Shown piece after piece: positions 16,755-24,000 of a stretch of DNA of 24,000 nt (position 1 is its first letter; every line of letters begins with the position of its first letter). The translations under genes and the position numbers were made by a program. The stretch is taken from contig NZ_JBHTJN010000001.1 of assembly GCF_042675725.1 (NCBI RefSeq), positions 126,706-150,705 of the forward strand, written 5' to 3'. The notes beneath the pieces were generated by a model that made no database searches, was not told where the DNA came from, and saw only the letters and a program-made list of their open reading frames with translations. The stretch is from Seminibacterium arietis (lineage in GTDB: Bacteria; Pseudomonadota; Gammaproteobacteria; Enterobacterales; Pasteurellaceae).

Positions 16755-17202
16755 ATTTTTGCAATAATTCTTTTATACTTGCTTTCATCATAGAGATTTG
16801 ATCTTGGTAAAGTGTTTTAGTTTCTCGTTCATCGATTATATAGTTAATAGTTTCTGATAAAGTCATTTTCATTTTACGAGAATATTTTGCTAGTCGTAGC
16901 CATACGGTATATTCTAAATCAATAGATTTTTTCTTAGTAGTTTGTTTTTCCGCATTAAAAAAACGTTTTCTTCTTGCACGGATTGCTTGATCTAATTTGA
17001 CTTTTAGATTAGGTGACATATGGCTTTCAACCCATGTTTCTATAAGGGCTGGTTTGTTATGACAAGTGAAAAGTTTTTCCACGATATTTTTTTGTAAACT
17101 ACGTTCTTCATAACGAGTGATGTTTTCACCTTCTCGATATTTTTTAATGAGGTATTTCCATTTCCAATCGGCTTCTTGATTTTCCAGTTTTTGGTATTTC
17201 AT
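16753..17202 (-). CDS. matP: macrodomain Ter organiser protein MatP
   Basis: MKYQKLENQEADWKWKYLIKKYREGE... closely parallels E. coli MatP ([26 protein letters not shown]...). IRARRKRFFNAEKQTTKKKSIDLE and the ribbon-helix-helix segment TLSETINYII also match. It is divergent from ycbZ, as in E. coli. Confidence 0.9.
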   Translation of the reverse strand: MKYQKLENQEADWKWKYLIKKYREGENITRYEERSLQKNIVEKLFTCHNKPALIETWVESHMSPNLKVKLDQAIRARRKRFFNAEKQTTKKKSIDLEYTVWLRLAKYSRKMKMTLSETINYIIDERETKTLYQDQISMMKASIKELLQK

Positions 17203-17268
17203 TTTATTTGCCTGTATATGTGACGTGGTAACCTTTAATAATATACGCTGTTTAGTTGGCTTTTACCA

Positions 17269-19110
17269 GTGGATTTTAGTTTTGTTTATGCGATAATGTT
17301 AAACTTATTTTTATTAACGGAACAAATAGTGAATTCATCAAACCAACTATTAAATTGGCGTGATTTGCGTCCTGAGCTAAATATTAAGTCAGACATTAAT
17401 TTGTTAGAGACTACAAAAGATACTGATTTTTTTGATTTACAACCACATGCAGGAGCCGCAATTGAGCGATTTTTAAAAAATGATAATAGTACGTTACTGT
17501 TGTTAAAATCGGAACAGCATGGTCAATATGCTCCACTTTTAGAGAATTTTATTCGTATTAACCAACCTAACGAATTAGCGATAAAGGGAGTAAAATACGA
17601 TCTTAAGCAAGCTGATAGTTTTTCTTTTCCTGAGGTTTCTGTTGAGCCTGCTAAATCGAAAATGGACAATTTTGCAGCAAAAAAACAAGTTGCTACCGCA
17701 CTATATTGTGACCAAAGTCAACTGTTTGGTTGTATTCGAGTTAATTCAAGCTCTCATGATATTATGTTGAGTGCAGGATTAGTACATCAACTTAACGGCG
17801 GGGTACTTATTTTAAGTGCATCCAATTTATTAGAGCGATTTGATTTATGGCATCGATTAAAACAAATTCTAACAACTAAGCAATTTGACTGGTATTCATT
17901 AAATCCTTTGAAAATAATGCCTTGTGATATTCCAAGTTATCCTGTTGAGCTAAAAATTATTTTATTAGCCAATCGTGCTGAGTTAGCTACTCTTGATGAA
18001 CTTGATGAAGACATTTTACAAATTGCTGATTATGCAGAAATTGAAAGTTACTTTTCAATGGAAAACTGTGAAAAACAAATTAAATGGGCTAGTTTTGTTC
18101 AACAATATGCTCGCCAAAATGGTTTTCCAGCAATTAAAGAAAGTGGATTAACTGCACTTTATCAGTATTTAGCACGTCAAAGCGAAGACCGACACTTAAT
18201 TAATATTTCCCCATTGAAATTAAAATCAATTTTAAGTGGTGTTGTTGCTTGTAATAAAAATTATAATCAAAGTAATTCATTAAGTGCGGTCGATTTTCTG
18301 CGATATTTTGACAGCTTATCTCAACAACAAGGCTTTCTGAGAGAATGTGCTTACAATGAAATTTTAAAAGAGCAAATTTATGTAGCAACGCAAGGAGAAA
18401 TTGTAGGTCAAATTAACGGTTTATCAGTGATTGAATATGCAGGTAGTCCAGCTTCTTTTGGTGAGCCTTCTCGTATTAGCTGTATAGTACAGTTTGGTGA
18501 AGGTGAAATAATTGATGTTGAACGTAAAAATGAGCTAGCAGGCAATATTCATGGTAAAGGCATTATGATTGCAGAGCTGTGTTTAGCAAATATTTTAGAG
18601 TTGCCATCACAATTACCATTTTCCGCTTCAATTGTGTTTGAACAATCTTATAGTGAAATTGATGGTGATAGTGCATCACTAGCTAGTTTTTGTGTATTAG
18701 TCAGTGCATTAGCTAATTTGCCTTTGCCTCAATCCATTGCCGTAACAGGAGCTATTGATCAATTTGGTCTAGTGCATTCTGTCGGTGGAGTAAATGAAAA
18801 AATTGAAGGATTTTTTACTATTTGTGAACGACGTGGATTAACTGGTCATCAAGGCGTGATAATTCCAACTACTGTACTTAATCAGTTGAGTTTATCAGAA
18901 ACCGTAGTAAGTGCGGTGAAAAATGGGAAGTTTTCTATTTGGACTGTAGATGATGTATTTCAAGCTTGTCAAATTCTATTTAAACGTCCTTTACTATCAG
19001 ATGATAAAAATACAGAAGAAACATCAATCTCAACTCTTATTAATCATCGAGTACAACACCGAGCAGAACCTAAGATACGTTTATTTGAACGATTATTTTT
19101 TAAACGTTAA
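17269..19110 (+). CDS. ycbZ: Lon-like protease YcbZ/LonH family (degenerate ATPase region + Lon Ser-Lys proteolytic domain)
   Basis: It is collinear with E. coli YcbZ: QLFGCIR, GLVHQLNGGVLIL, FGEPSRISCIVQFGEGE, FEQSYSEIDGDSASLA (catalytic Ser), GGVNEKIEGFF (catalytic Lys), GVIIPT. The start is uncertain: GTG 17269, ATG 17296 or GTG 17329. The last best matches the E. coli N-terminus (..LNWRDLRPE vs ..LAWRDLVPD). Confidence 0.85.
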   Translation: MDFSFVYAIMLNLFLLTEQIVNSSNQLLNWRDLRPELNIKSDINLLETTKDTDFFDLQPHAGAAIERFLKNDNSTLLLLKSEQHGQYAPLLENFIRINQPNELAIKGVKYDLKQADSFSFPEVSVEPAKSKMDNFAAKKQVATALYCDQSQLFGCIRVNSSSHDIMLSAGLVHQLNGGVLILSASNLLERFDLWHRLKQILTTKQFDWYSLNPLKIMPCDIPSYPVELKIILLANRAELATLDELDEDILQIADYAEIESYFSMENCEKQIKWASFVQQYARQNGFPAIKESGLTALYQYLARQSEDRHLINISPLKLKSILSGVVACNKNYNQSNSLSAVDFLRYFDSLSQQQGFLRECAYNEILKEQIYVATQGEIVGQINGLSVIEYAGSPASFGEPSRISCIVQFGEGEIIDVERKNELAGNIHGKGIMIAELCLANILELPSQLPFSASIVFEQSYSEIDGDSASLASFCVLVSALANLPLPQSIAVTGAIDQFGLVHSVGGVNEKIEGFFTICERRGLTGHQGVIIPTTVLNQLSLSETVVSAVKNGKFSIWTVDDVFQACQILFKRPLLSDDKNTEETSISTLINHRVQHRAEPKIRLFERLFFKR

Positions 19111-19124
19111 CACTGTCTTGTAAA

Positions 19125-19149
19125 AAGCTTCCTAAAGGAAGCTTTTTTA
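19125..19149 (+). terminator. rho-independent terminator of ycbZ
   Basis: Stem AAGCTTCC (19125-19132) pairs with GGAAGCTT (19137-19144) around loop TAAA, running into a T6 tract. Confidence 0.7.
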
Positions 19150-19162
19150 GTTCAAAAAAAAT

Positions 19163-19179
19163 AACTGATCCGACAAGTT
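19163..19179 (+). promoter_or_regulatory. FadR-type operator upstream of fabA
   Basis: AACTGATCCGACAAGTT compared with the E. coli fabA FadR site as I recall it (AACTGATCGGACTTGTT): 14/17 identical, in the same position relative to the adjacent palindrome. Confidence 0.5.
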
Positions 19180-19180
19180 G

Positions 19181-19198
19181 AGCTAACATTTGTTAGCT
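19181..19198 (+). promoter_or_regulatory. FabR-type palindromic operator upstream of fabA
   Basis: This is a perfect 18-bp palindrome, AGCTAACATTTGTTAGCT. The E. coli fabA FabR site, recalled as AGCGTACACGTGTTAGCT, shares the AGC..ACA...TGTTAGCT frame and also directly follows the FadR box. Promoter-like elements follow (TTCAAA at 19207-19212; TATAAT at 19223-19228). Confidence 0.55.
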
Positions 19199-19280
19199 AT
19201 TTTAATTTCAAATTAGTATTGATATAATCATGACAGTTGATTAAGAAAAACATTGTCATTGTTTAGAGGAGCGATAAATA

Positions 19281-19811
19281 ATGAACGCATGTACACTAAA
19301 TAAAAAGAGCAGTTATAATTATGAAGAGTTGTTGGCTTCAGGACGTGGAGAATTATTTGGAAAGCAAGGACCACAGTTGCCAGCACCTAGTATGTTGATG
19401 ATGGATCGAGTAATAGAAATGAATGAAAAAGGAGGCACTTTCAATAAGGGCTACGTTGAAGCTGAACTAGACATTCGTCCTACGTTGCCTTTTTTTGATT
19501 GTCATTTTATTGGAGATCCTGTTATGCCAGGCTGTTTAGGACTAGATGCGATGTGGCAGCTAGTTGGCTTTTATCTTGGTTGGCTTGGTGGCAAAGGTAA
19601 GGGGAGAGCCTTAGGAGTAGGAGAAGTTAAATTTACAGGGCAAATATTACCTACGGCTAAAAAAGTCATTTACCGTATCAATATGAAAAGAGTAATTAAT
19701 CGTAAATTAGTAATGGGAATGGCAGATGGCGAAGTAGAAGTTGATGGACGAGTTATTTATACTGCAACAGATTTAAAAGTCGGATTATTTCAGGATACAT
19801 CGTTTTTTTAG
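19281..19811 (+). CDS. fabA: 3-hydroxydecanoyl-ACP dehydratase / trans-2-decenoyl-ACP isomerase
   Basis: It is near-identical in blocks to E. coli FabA: [59 protein letters not shown] (active-site His), [16 protein letters not shown] lies at about 19267-19272. Confidence 0.95.
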   Translation: MNACTLNKKSSYNYEELLASGRGELFGKQGPQLPAPSMLMMDRVIEMNEKGGTFNKGYVEAELDIRPTLPFFDCHFIGDPVMPGCLGLDAMWQLVGFYLGWLGGKGKGRALGVGEVKFTGQILPTAKKVIYRINMKRVINRKLVMGMADGEVEVDGRVIYTATDLKVGLFQDTSFF

Positions 19812-19844
19812 GAGCTTTATAACGGTATGGGTTCCGTTATATTT

Positions 19845-19875
19845 GACCTGAGTTACTCATGCTCAGGTCTTTTTT
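19845..19875 (+). terminator. rho-independent terminator of fabA (second of two tandem hairpins)
   Basis: Stem GACCTGAG (19845-19852) pairs with CTCAGGTC (19862-19869), followed by T6. A weaker hairpin, ATAACGG/CCGTTAT, sits at 19819-19840. Confidence 0.7.
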
Positions 19876-20017
19876 CTATCTTATTCAAATTAATCAACTG
19901 CGACACCCCACCACTAAAAAATTCATCTTATCAAAAATAACAGACTGACCCGATTTTCAATGTAAGTTCAGTTTCAGTAAAACTGCTATATATACTAATA
20001 AAACTTCACAAAAAGAC

Positions 20018-20042
20018 ACCGCACTTTAGTTACAAGTGCGGT
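20018..20042 (-). terminator. inverted Hin-type USS pair acting as the mdh terminator
   Basis: ACCGCACTT (20018-20026) and AAGTGCGGT (20034-20042) form a stem extended to ACACCGCACTT/AAGTGCGGTGT. On the minus strand it is followed by CTTTTT. It lies 41 nt downstream of the mdh stop. Confidence 0.65.
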
Positions 20043-20082
20043 GTTTAACATAGATTCTTTACATAACACTATAATCTAGGCA

Positions 20083-21018
20083 TTATTGATTAACAAATTT
20101 TTCACCTAACTCAATATCAGCACGAAGTGTTGGTAACATATCTTCTAAAGCTTTTTGCTCAAAGTCACTTAGCTCACCAATAGGTAAAATTTCGTCTACT
20201 CCTTCTTTACCTAAACGCACTGGTTGAGCAAAGAAACGTGCATATTTACCACATCCTTCTACGTAAGTGCATTCTACTACAGTTTCACCTTGCAAACCTT
20301 TAACTAAAGACAGTGCAAAACGTGCTGCTGCTTGTGCCATTGAAAGCGTAGCAGAACCACCACCAGCTTTAGCTTCTACTACTTCAGTTCCAGCATTTTG
20401 AATACGTTTAGTTAATGGTGCGATTTCTTCATTATTCCATTGTACGTATGGTACTTGAGATAACAACGGTAAAATAGTGACACCAGAGTGACCGCCAACT
20501 ACAGGAACAATAGTGCGAGAAACTGCGAGATTCTTTAATTCTGAGACAAAAGTCTCTGAACGTAATACATCAAGTGTAGTTACACCAAATAATTTACGTT
20601 TATCGTACACGCCTGCTTTTTTCAATACTTCAGCAGCAATCGCTACTGTGGTATTTACTGGATTAGTAATAATACCAATACAAGCTTTAGGACAAGTTGA
20701 TGCCACTTTTTCAATCAGATTGCGTACTATACCAGCATTAATATTAAATAAATCTGATCGATCCATACCTGGTTTCCGAGCTACGCCAGCAGAAATTAGC
20801 ACGATATTTGCATCTTTTAATGCTGGGGTTGGATCTTCTCCAGCAAATCCTTCTACTTTCACGGCTGTTGGAATATGACTTACATCAGCTGCGACTCCTG
20901 GTGTAACAGGAGCAATATCGTACAATGACAATTCTGCACCTGCTGGAAGTTGTAACTTTAACAATAAAGCTAATGCTTGACCGATACCACCTGCAGCACC
21001 TAATACAGCTACTTTCAT
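20083..21018 (-). CDS. mdh: malate dehydrogenase (NAD-dependent)
   Basis: [21 protein letters not shown] (Rossmann GxGxxG), [12 protein letters not shown] and [14 protein letters not shown] are present; 311 aa, collinear with enterobacterial Mdh. It is divergent from argR, as in E. coli. Confidence 0.95.
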   Translation of the reverse strand: MKVAVLGAAGGIGQALALLLKLQLPAGAELSLYDIAPVTPGVAADVSHIPTAVKVEGFAGEDPTPALKDANIVLISAGVARKPGMDRSDLFNINAGIVRNLIEKVASTCPKACIGIITNPVNTTVAIAAEVLKKAGVYDKRKLFGVTTLDVLRSETFVSELKNLAVSRTIVPVVGGHSGVTILPLLSQVPYVQWNNEEIAPLTKRIQNAGTEVVEAKAGGGSATLSMAQAAARFALSLVKGLQGETVVECTYVEGCGKYARFFAQPVRLGKEGVDEILPIGELSDFEQKALEDMLPTLRADIELGEKFVNQ

Positions 21019-21195
21019 TTGATACTCCTTAATGACTTATGATTAAATTCGAACTTAACTTTTCGGCATTCTAGCCCCCTAAAAATAGGAATTCAAATAG
21101 ATTAATTTAAATATGAGATCTAGTTCAAACTTTTCATAGAAAAATTATTTTTTACTAGAGAAAGTGCTATAATAAATCAAATTTTATTTACTTTT

Positions 21196-21213
21196 TCTGA
21201 ATTTCTATGCAGA
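21196..21213 (+). promoter_or_regulatory. ARG box (ArgR operator) in the argR leader, implying autoregulation
   Basis: TCTGAATTTCTATGCAGA matches the consensus TNTGAATWWWWATTCANW at 14 of the 16 specified positions. A weaker second box, AATCAAATTTTATTTACT (21175-21192, 4 mismatches), lies exactly 3 bp upstream, which is the classical tandem spacing. TATAAT lies at 21168-21173. Confidence 0.45.
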
Positions 21214-21236
21214 ATTACCTATAGAAGGAGAAGTAT

Positions 21237-21704
21237 ATGCCATATGAAAAATCAGAGTCCTTAATTAGTGCAATTAAAAACTTATTAGCTCAAGAAAAAT
21301 TTGGTTCACAAAGTGAAATTGTCGCTGCACTTCAAAAGCAAGGATTTTCTAATATCAACCAATCAAAAGTATCGCGTATTCTAACTAAATTTGGGGCTGT
21401 ACGCACTAGAAATACTAGAATGGAAACTGTTTATTGTTTACCTAATGAGTTGAGTGTACCTAACACGACTAGCCCATTGAGTAATCTAGTCTTAGATATT
21501 GATTGTAATGATTATTTAATAGTGATTAAAACTAGCCCTGGTGCTGCACAATTAATAGCACGCCTTTTAGACTCTATCAGTAAATCGGAAGGAATCTTAG
21601 GTACAATTGCAGGAGATGATACTATCTTCGTTACTCCCACTAAAGAGCAGGACTTAGAAATGCTGATCAAACATATTCAGCAGCTATTTGAAAATTCATT
21701 ATAA
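21237..21704 (+). CDS. argR: arginine repressor
   Basis: 155 aa. It has a winged-helix N-terminal domain ([38 protein letters not shown]) and a C-terminal oligomerisation/arginine-binding domain ([11 protein letters not shown]). AAGGAG SD is present. Confidence 0.9.
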   Translation: MPYEKSESLISAIKNLLAQEKFGSQSEIVAALQKQGFSNINQSKVSRILTKFGAVRTRNTRMETVYCLPNELSVPNTTSPLSNLVLDIDCNDYLIVIKTSPGAAQLIARLLDSISKSEGILGTIAGDDTIFVTPTKEQDLEMLIKHIQQLFENSL

Positions 21705-21721
21705 ATTTCAAAAGAGGAATT

Positions 21722-22609
21722 ATGGATATTTTACTCACTGGAGCTACGGGATTTATCGGTTCAGCACTTATTCCTCTTTTAGTCAGAAAAAACTATAACA
21801 TAACCGTACTGACACGAAATATCACAAAAGCAGAAGTTTTATTTAATAATTATCAACTCAATTTCGTTAAAAATTTAGATGAATTTCACAACTTAGACTC
21901 TTTTTCTGCGGTAATTAATCTTGCTGGTGAACCTATTTTTGATCATCGTTGGACAAATAAACAAAAACAACGTTTAATTGAAAGTCGAATTAAAACTACA
22001 GAAAAATTAACCGCTCTTATCAATCAAAGTATATCGCCTCCTAATTGTTTTATTTCAAGTTCAGCTACGGGCTATTACGGTAATTGCTATGACCAAATTG
22101 TGACTGAAAATATTCCCCCAAAAAATCACTTTGTTGCTCAACTTTGTTCTACATGGGAAAATGTTGCGTTACAGGCAGAAACGAGAGTTTGCTTATTAAG
22201 AACAGGTCTAGTATTAGATAACTCAGCTGGTGTATTAGCAAAAATGTTACCACTATACCGTTTAGGATTGGGGGGAAAATTAGGTCATGGCAAACAATAT
22301 TGGAGCTGGATTGCATTAGAAGATATGATAAGTGCGGTGCTTTTTTTACTTGAAAATAAGCATTGCTATGGTGCTTTTAATTGTACAGCACCTACTCCTG
22401 TCACAAATGCAGAGTTCAATCATTATTTAGGGGCATACCTAAATCGGCCGCACTTCATCAATATTCCAGCATCAGTGTTATCACTTTTTTTCGGTGAACG
22501 AAGTCATCTTTTATTAGATAGCCAGAGAATTTTTCCACAAAAACTACTGCAGGCAGGATTTCAATTTAAATATAAAAATTTAGTAGCTCTTTTTAACGAA
22601 ATTTTATGA
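21722..22609 (+). CDS. yfcH: YfcH-like epimerase-family SDR protein (TIGR01777 / DUF1731 type)
   Basis: ILLTGATGFIGSAL is a Rossmann motif. It is collinear with E. coli YfcH: VINLAGEPI.D.RWT..QK, SATGYYG, RVCLLRTGLVL, LGLGGKLG.GKQY.SWI. Confidence 0.8.
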   Translation: MDILLTGATGFIGSALIPLLVRKNYNITVLTRNITKAEVLFNNYQLNFVKNLDEFHNLDSFSAVINLAGEPIFDHRWTNKQKQRLIESRIKTTEKLTALINQSISPPNCFISSSATGYYGNCYDQIVTENIPPKNHFVAQLCSTWENVALQAETRVCLLRTGLVLDNSAGVLAKMLPLYRLGLGGKLGHGKQYWSWIALEDMISAVLFLLENKHCYGAFNCTAPTPVTNAEFNHYLGAYLNRPHFINIPASVLSLFFGERSHLLLDSQRIFPQKLLQAGFQFKYKNLVALFNEIL

Positions 22610-22628
22610 GCTACGTTCTAAAATAAGC

Positions 22629-23573
22629 TTATTTATTAATCCCATATTGTTTCAACTTATTCGCAATCGCGGTGTGTGACACGCCAAGACGATAGGCTAA
22701 TTTTCTAGTACTAGGATATTGTTCATAAAATTTCTGTAAAATCATGGACTCAAAGCTACTCATTATCTGATCTAATGTTTGATTAGCAAATTGCTCTATA
22801 CTTGTAGGCAATATATCTTTCTCAACTAGGATTAACCCATTTACACTCAGTTTTCCATCGTCTACAAGAGAGCAAGCTCGATATAAAGCATTATAAAGTT
22901 CACGCACATTACCAGGCCAAGGATAATTACATAAATAAGCAATAAAATTTTGATCAAAATGAGGAGTGACTATCGATAACTCATCACTAATTTGCTGAAC
23001 AAAAAGACGTGTTAACGGCTCGATATCTTCCTTGCGTTCCCTCAGTGGTGGAATATCTAATCTCAACACATTCAAACGATGAAATAAATCTCCTCGCATT
23101 TTTCCATCTTCTACGTAATGTTGTAAAGGAACTTGAGTTGTACAAATCACTCGCACGTTTGCGTAATGCTCTTTTTCCTCCCCCACTCTGCGAAATGTAC
23201 CATCATTAAGAAAACGTAATAATTTTGCTTGTAGTGCTAAAGGTAGCTCAGCAACACTATCTAATAACACCGTACCACCATCTGCATATTCAAAAAAGCC
23301 TATACTCTCATGCCCCCTATCAGATCTTCCGAACATTTCACTTTCAGCATCATCACTTGGTAAACCTGCACAATTTACACCAATAAACTTTTGATTTTTA
23401 CGACTTCCAAGACAATGACAAGCCTTAGCAATGTGATCTTTACCTGTTCCTGTTTCTCCCTGAATCAACAATGGAGCATCAAGCATGGCAAACTTTTTCG
23501 TATTGTCTAAAATCAGTCTCATTTTTGCACTTTCAGCAATAATTTGGTCAAAAGCTGTATTTTTCAAGGGCAT
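22629..23573 (-). CDS. tyrR: TyrR-family transcriptional regulator, short form (AAA+ central domain + C-terminal HTH, no N-terminal ACT/PAS domains)
   Basis: It has Walker A (LIQGETGTGKD), DAESEMFG, RRVGEEKEHYANVRVICT and a C-terminal HTH (STRKLAYRLGVSHTAIANKLKQYGI). It closely parallels the 318-aa H. influenzae TyrR as I recall it. The preferred start is ATG 23573 (GGAG SD, 6-nt spacing); the ORF-track start at 23585 is a GTG. Confidence 0.85.
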   Translation of the reverse strand: MPLKNTAFDQIIAESAKMRLILDNTKKFAMLDAPLLIQGETGTGKDHIAKACHCLGSRKNQKFIGVNCAGLPSDDAESEMFGRSDRGHESIGFFEYADGGTVLLDSVAELPLALQAKLLRFLNDGTFRRVGEEKEHYANVRVICTTQVPLQHYVEDGKMRGDLFHRLNVLRLDIPPLRERKEDIEPLTRLFVQQISDELSIVTPHFDQNFIAYLCNYPWPGNVRELYNALYRACSLVDDGKLSVNGLILVEKDILPTSIEQFANQTLDQIMSSFESMILQKFYEQYPSTRKLAYRLGVSHTAIANKLKQYGINK

Positions 23574-23626
23574 GGGAATCTCCACTTAATTTAATCACAC
23601 TACTATTGTAAATATTTTAGTTAAAA

Positions 23627-23644
23627 TGTAAATAATAATTTACA
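23627..23644. promoter_or_regulatory. perfect TyrR box upstream of tyrR
   Basis: TGTAAATAATAATTTACA matches TGTAAA-N6-TTTACA at 12/12 specified positions and is a perfect palindrome. It lies 54 nt upstream of the tyrR ATG. A half-matching weak box, TGTAAATATTTTAGTTAA, is at 23607-23624. Confidence 0.6.
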
Positions 23645-23696
23645 GCTTAATGTATTAATGTTGCTACAATTACAATAATCATTTAAGTAGTTACAG

Positions 23697-24000
23697 TTAT
23701 TTTGTTTTCTCTTTTTTTAATACCGCACTTTTTAACTGAATAAGTAATTCTTTTTGTATATGTGATAACCGAGGTTTTTCTTCAGGGGTAAAAACTAAAG
23801 GGCGACAAAATTCCATTGCTTTGATACCTAAACGTGCTGTCAACAAACCAACGCCTATACCTTGAGCTGCACGCACTGATAATTTTGCAGTCATGTCTTG
23901 CGATAGCCAGTCCATACCAATATCTTGTAGAACTTCTGTTGCTCCAGCAAATACTATATTTAATAACACCATACGCAATAAACGTAGTCTGCTAATATAG
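23697..24000 (-). CDS. ycjF: YcjF-family (UPF0283) inner-membrane protein, C-terminal part only
   Basis: The frame stays open to the window edge; the listed start at 23978 is an internal [32 protein letters not shown] matches the conserved YcjF C-terminus. The ycjF-tyrR adjacency matches E. coli. Confidence 0.8.
   Translation of the reverse strand, partial: YISRLRLLRMVLLNIVFAGATEVLQDIGMDWLSQDMTAKLSVRAAQGIGVGLLTARLGIKAMEFCRPLVFTPEEKPRLSHIQKELLIQLKSAVLKKEKTK

Noticed and set aside
17283-17304. dif-like sequence (TAATGTTAAAC resembles the XerD arm TTATGTTAAAT).
   Set aside because: Only the XerD-arm half matches. The 11 nt in the XerC-arm position (TAGTTTTGTTT) bear no resemblance to GGTGCGCATAA-type arms.
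1-24000. Search for tRNA, rRNA, CRISPR repeats, IS elements, integrases and transposases.
   Set aside because: By eye I found no cloverleaf-type conserved arms (for example GGTTCGAATCC-like T-arms), no regularly spaced direct repeats, no terminal inverted repeats bracketing an ORF, and no recombinase-like translation. A tRNAscan, CRISPR or IS-finder run would be the formal check.

Overview
This is a low-GC gammaproteobacterial chromosome, almost certainly from a naturally competent Pasteurellaceae of the Hin-type uptake-signal clade. I count 19 exact AAGTGCGGT/ACCGCACTT cores in 24 kb, and some form inverted pairs that also act as terminators. Most of the window is housekeeping backbone in small blocks that mirror E. 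coli neighbourhoods: slt-trpR, mtgA, pcp (slyB-like), yecM/argS, valS...holC, fumC, kdsC-kdsD, rnpB (RNase P RNA), matP/ycbZ (lon-like)-fabA, mdh/argR, a yfcH-like gene, and tyrR-ycjF. Two short accessory insertions interrupt it. (1) About 2055-3000 is a decayed P2-family phage relic. It keeps an apparently intact Ogr/Delta-type zinc-finger late activator, a well-signalled 27-codon hydrophobic peptide gene and stop-bounded gene fragments, but has no integrase, structural genes or att repeats. (2) 9196-11977 is a two-gene island wedged into the otherwise conserved holC-valS pair. It encodes a class II (self-inhibited) Fic protein and a very AT-rich, full-length DUF262/DUF1524 (GmrSD-family, type IV restriction-like) protein whose stop codon lies 12 nt from the valS start. 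The spacer between the two island genes carries three Apl-dialect USS (ACAAGCGGT) seen nowhere else in the window, and the first ~110 codons of valS switch to G/C-ending codons. Together these point to import by transformation and homologous recombination from another Pasteurellaceae lineage. I do not see a clearly new multi-gene system; the holC-valS island is the best candidate for follow-up as defence-hotspot cargo. I recognised no tRNA, rRNA, CRISPR array, IS element, integrase or transposase. All coordinates, counts and GC values were worked out by eye from the sequence.
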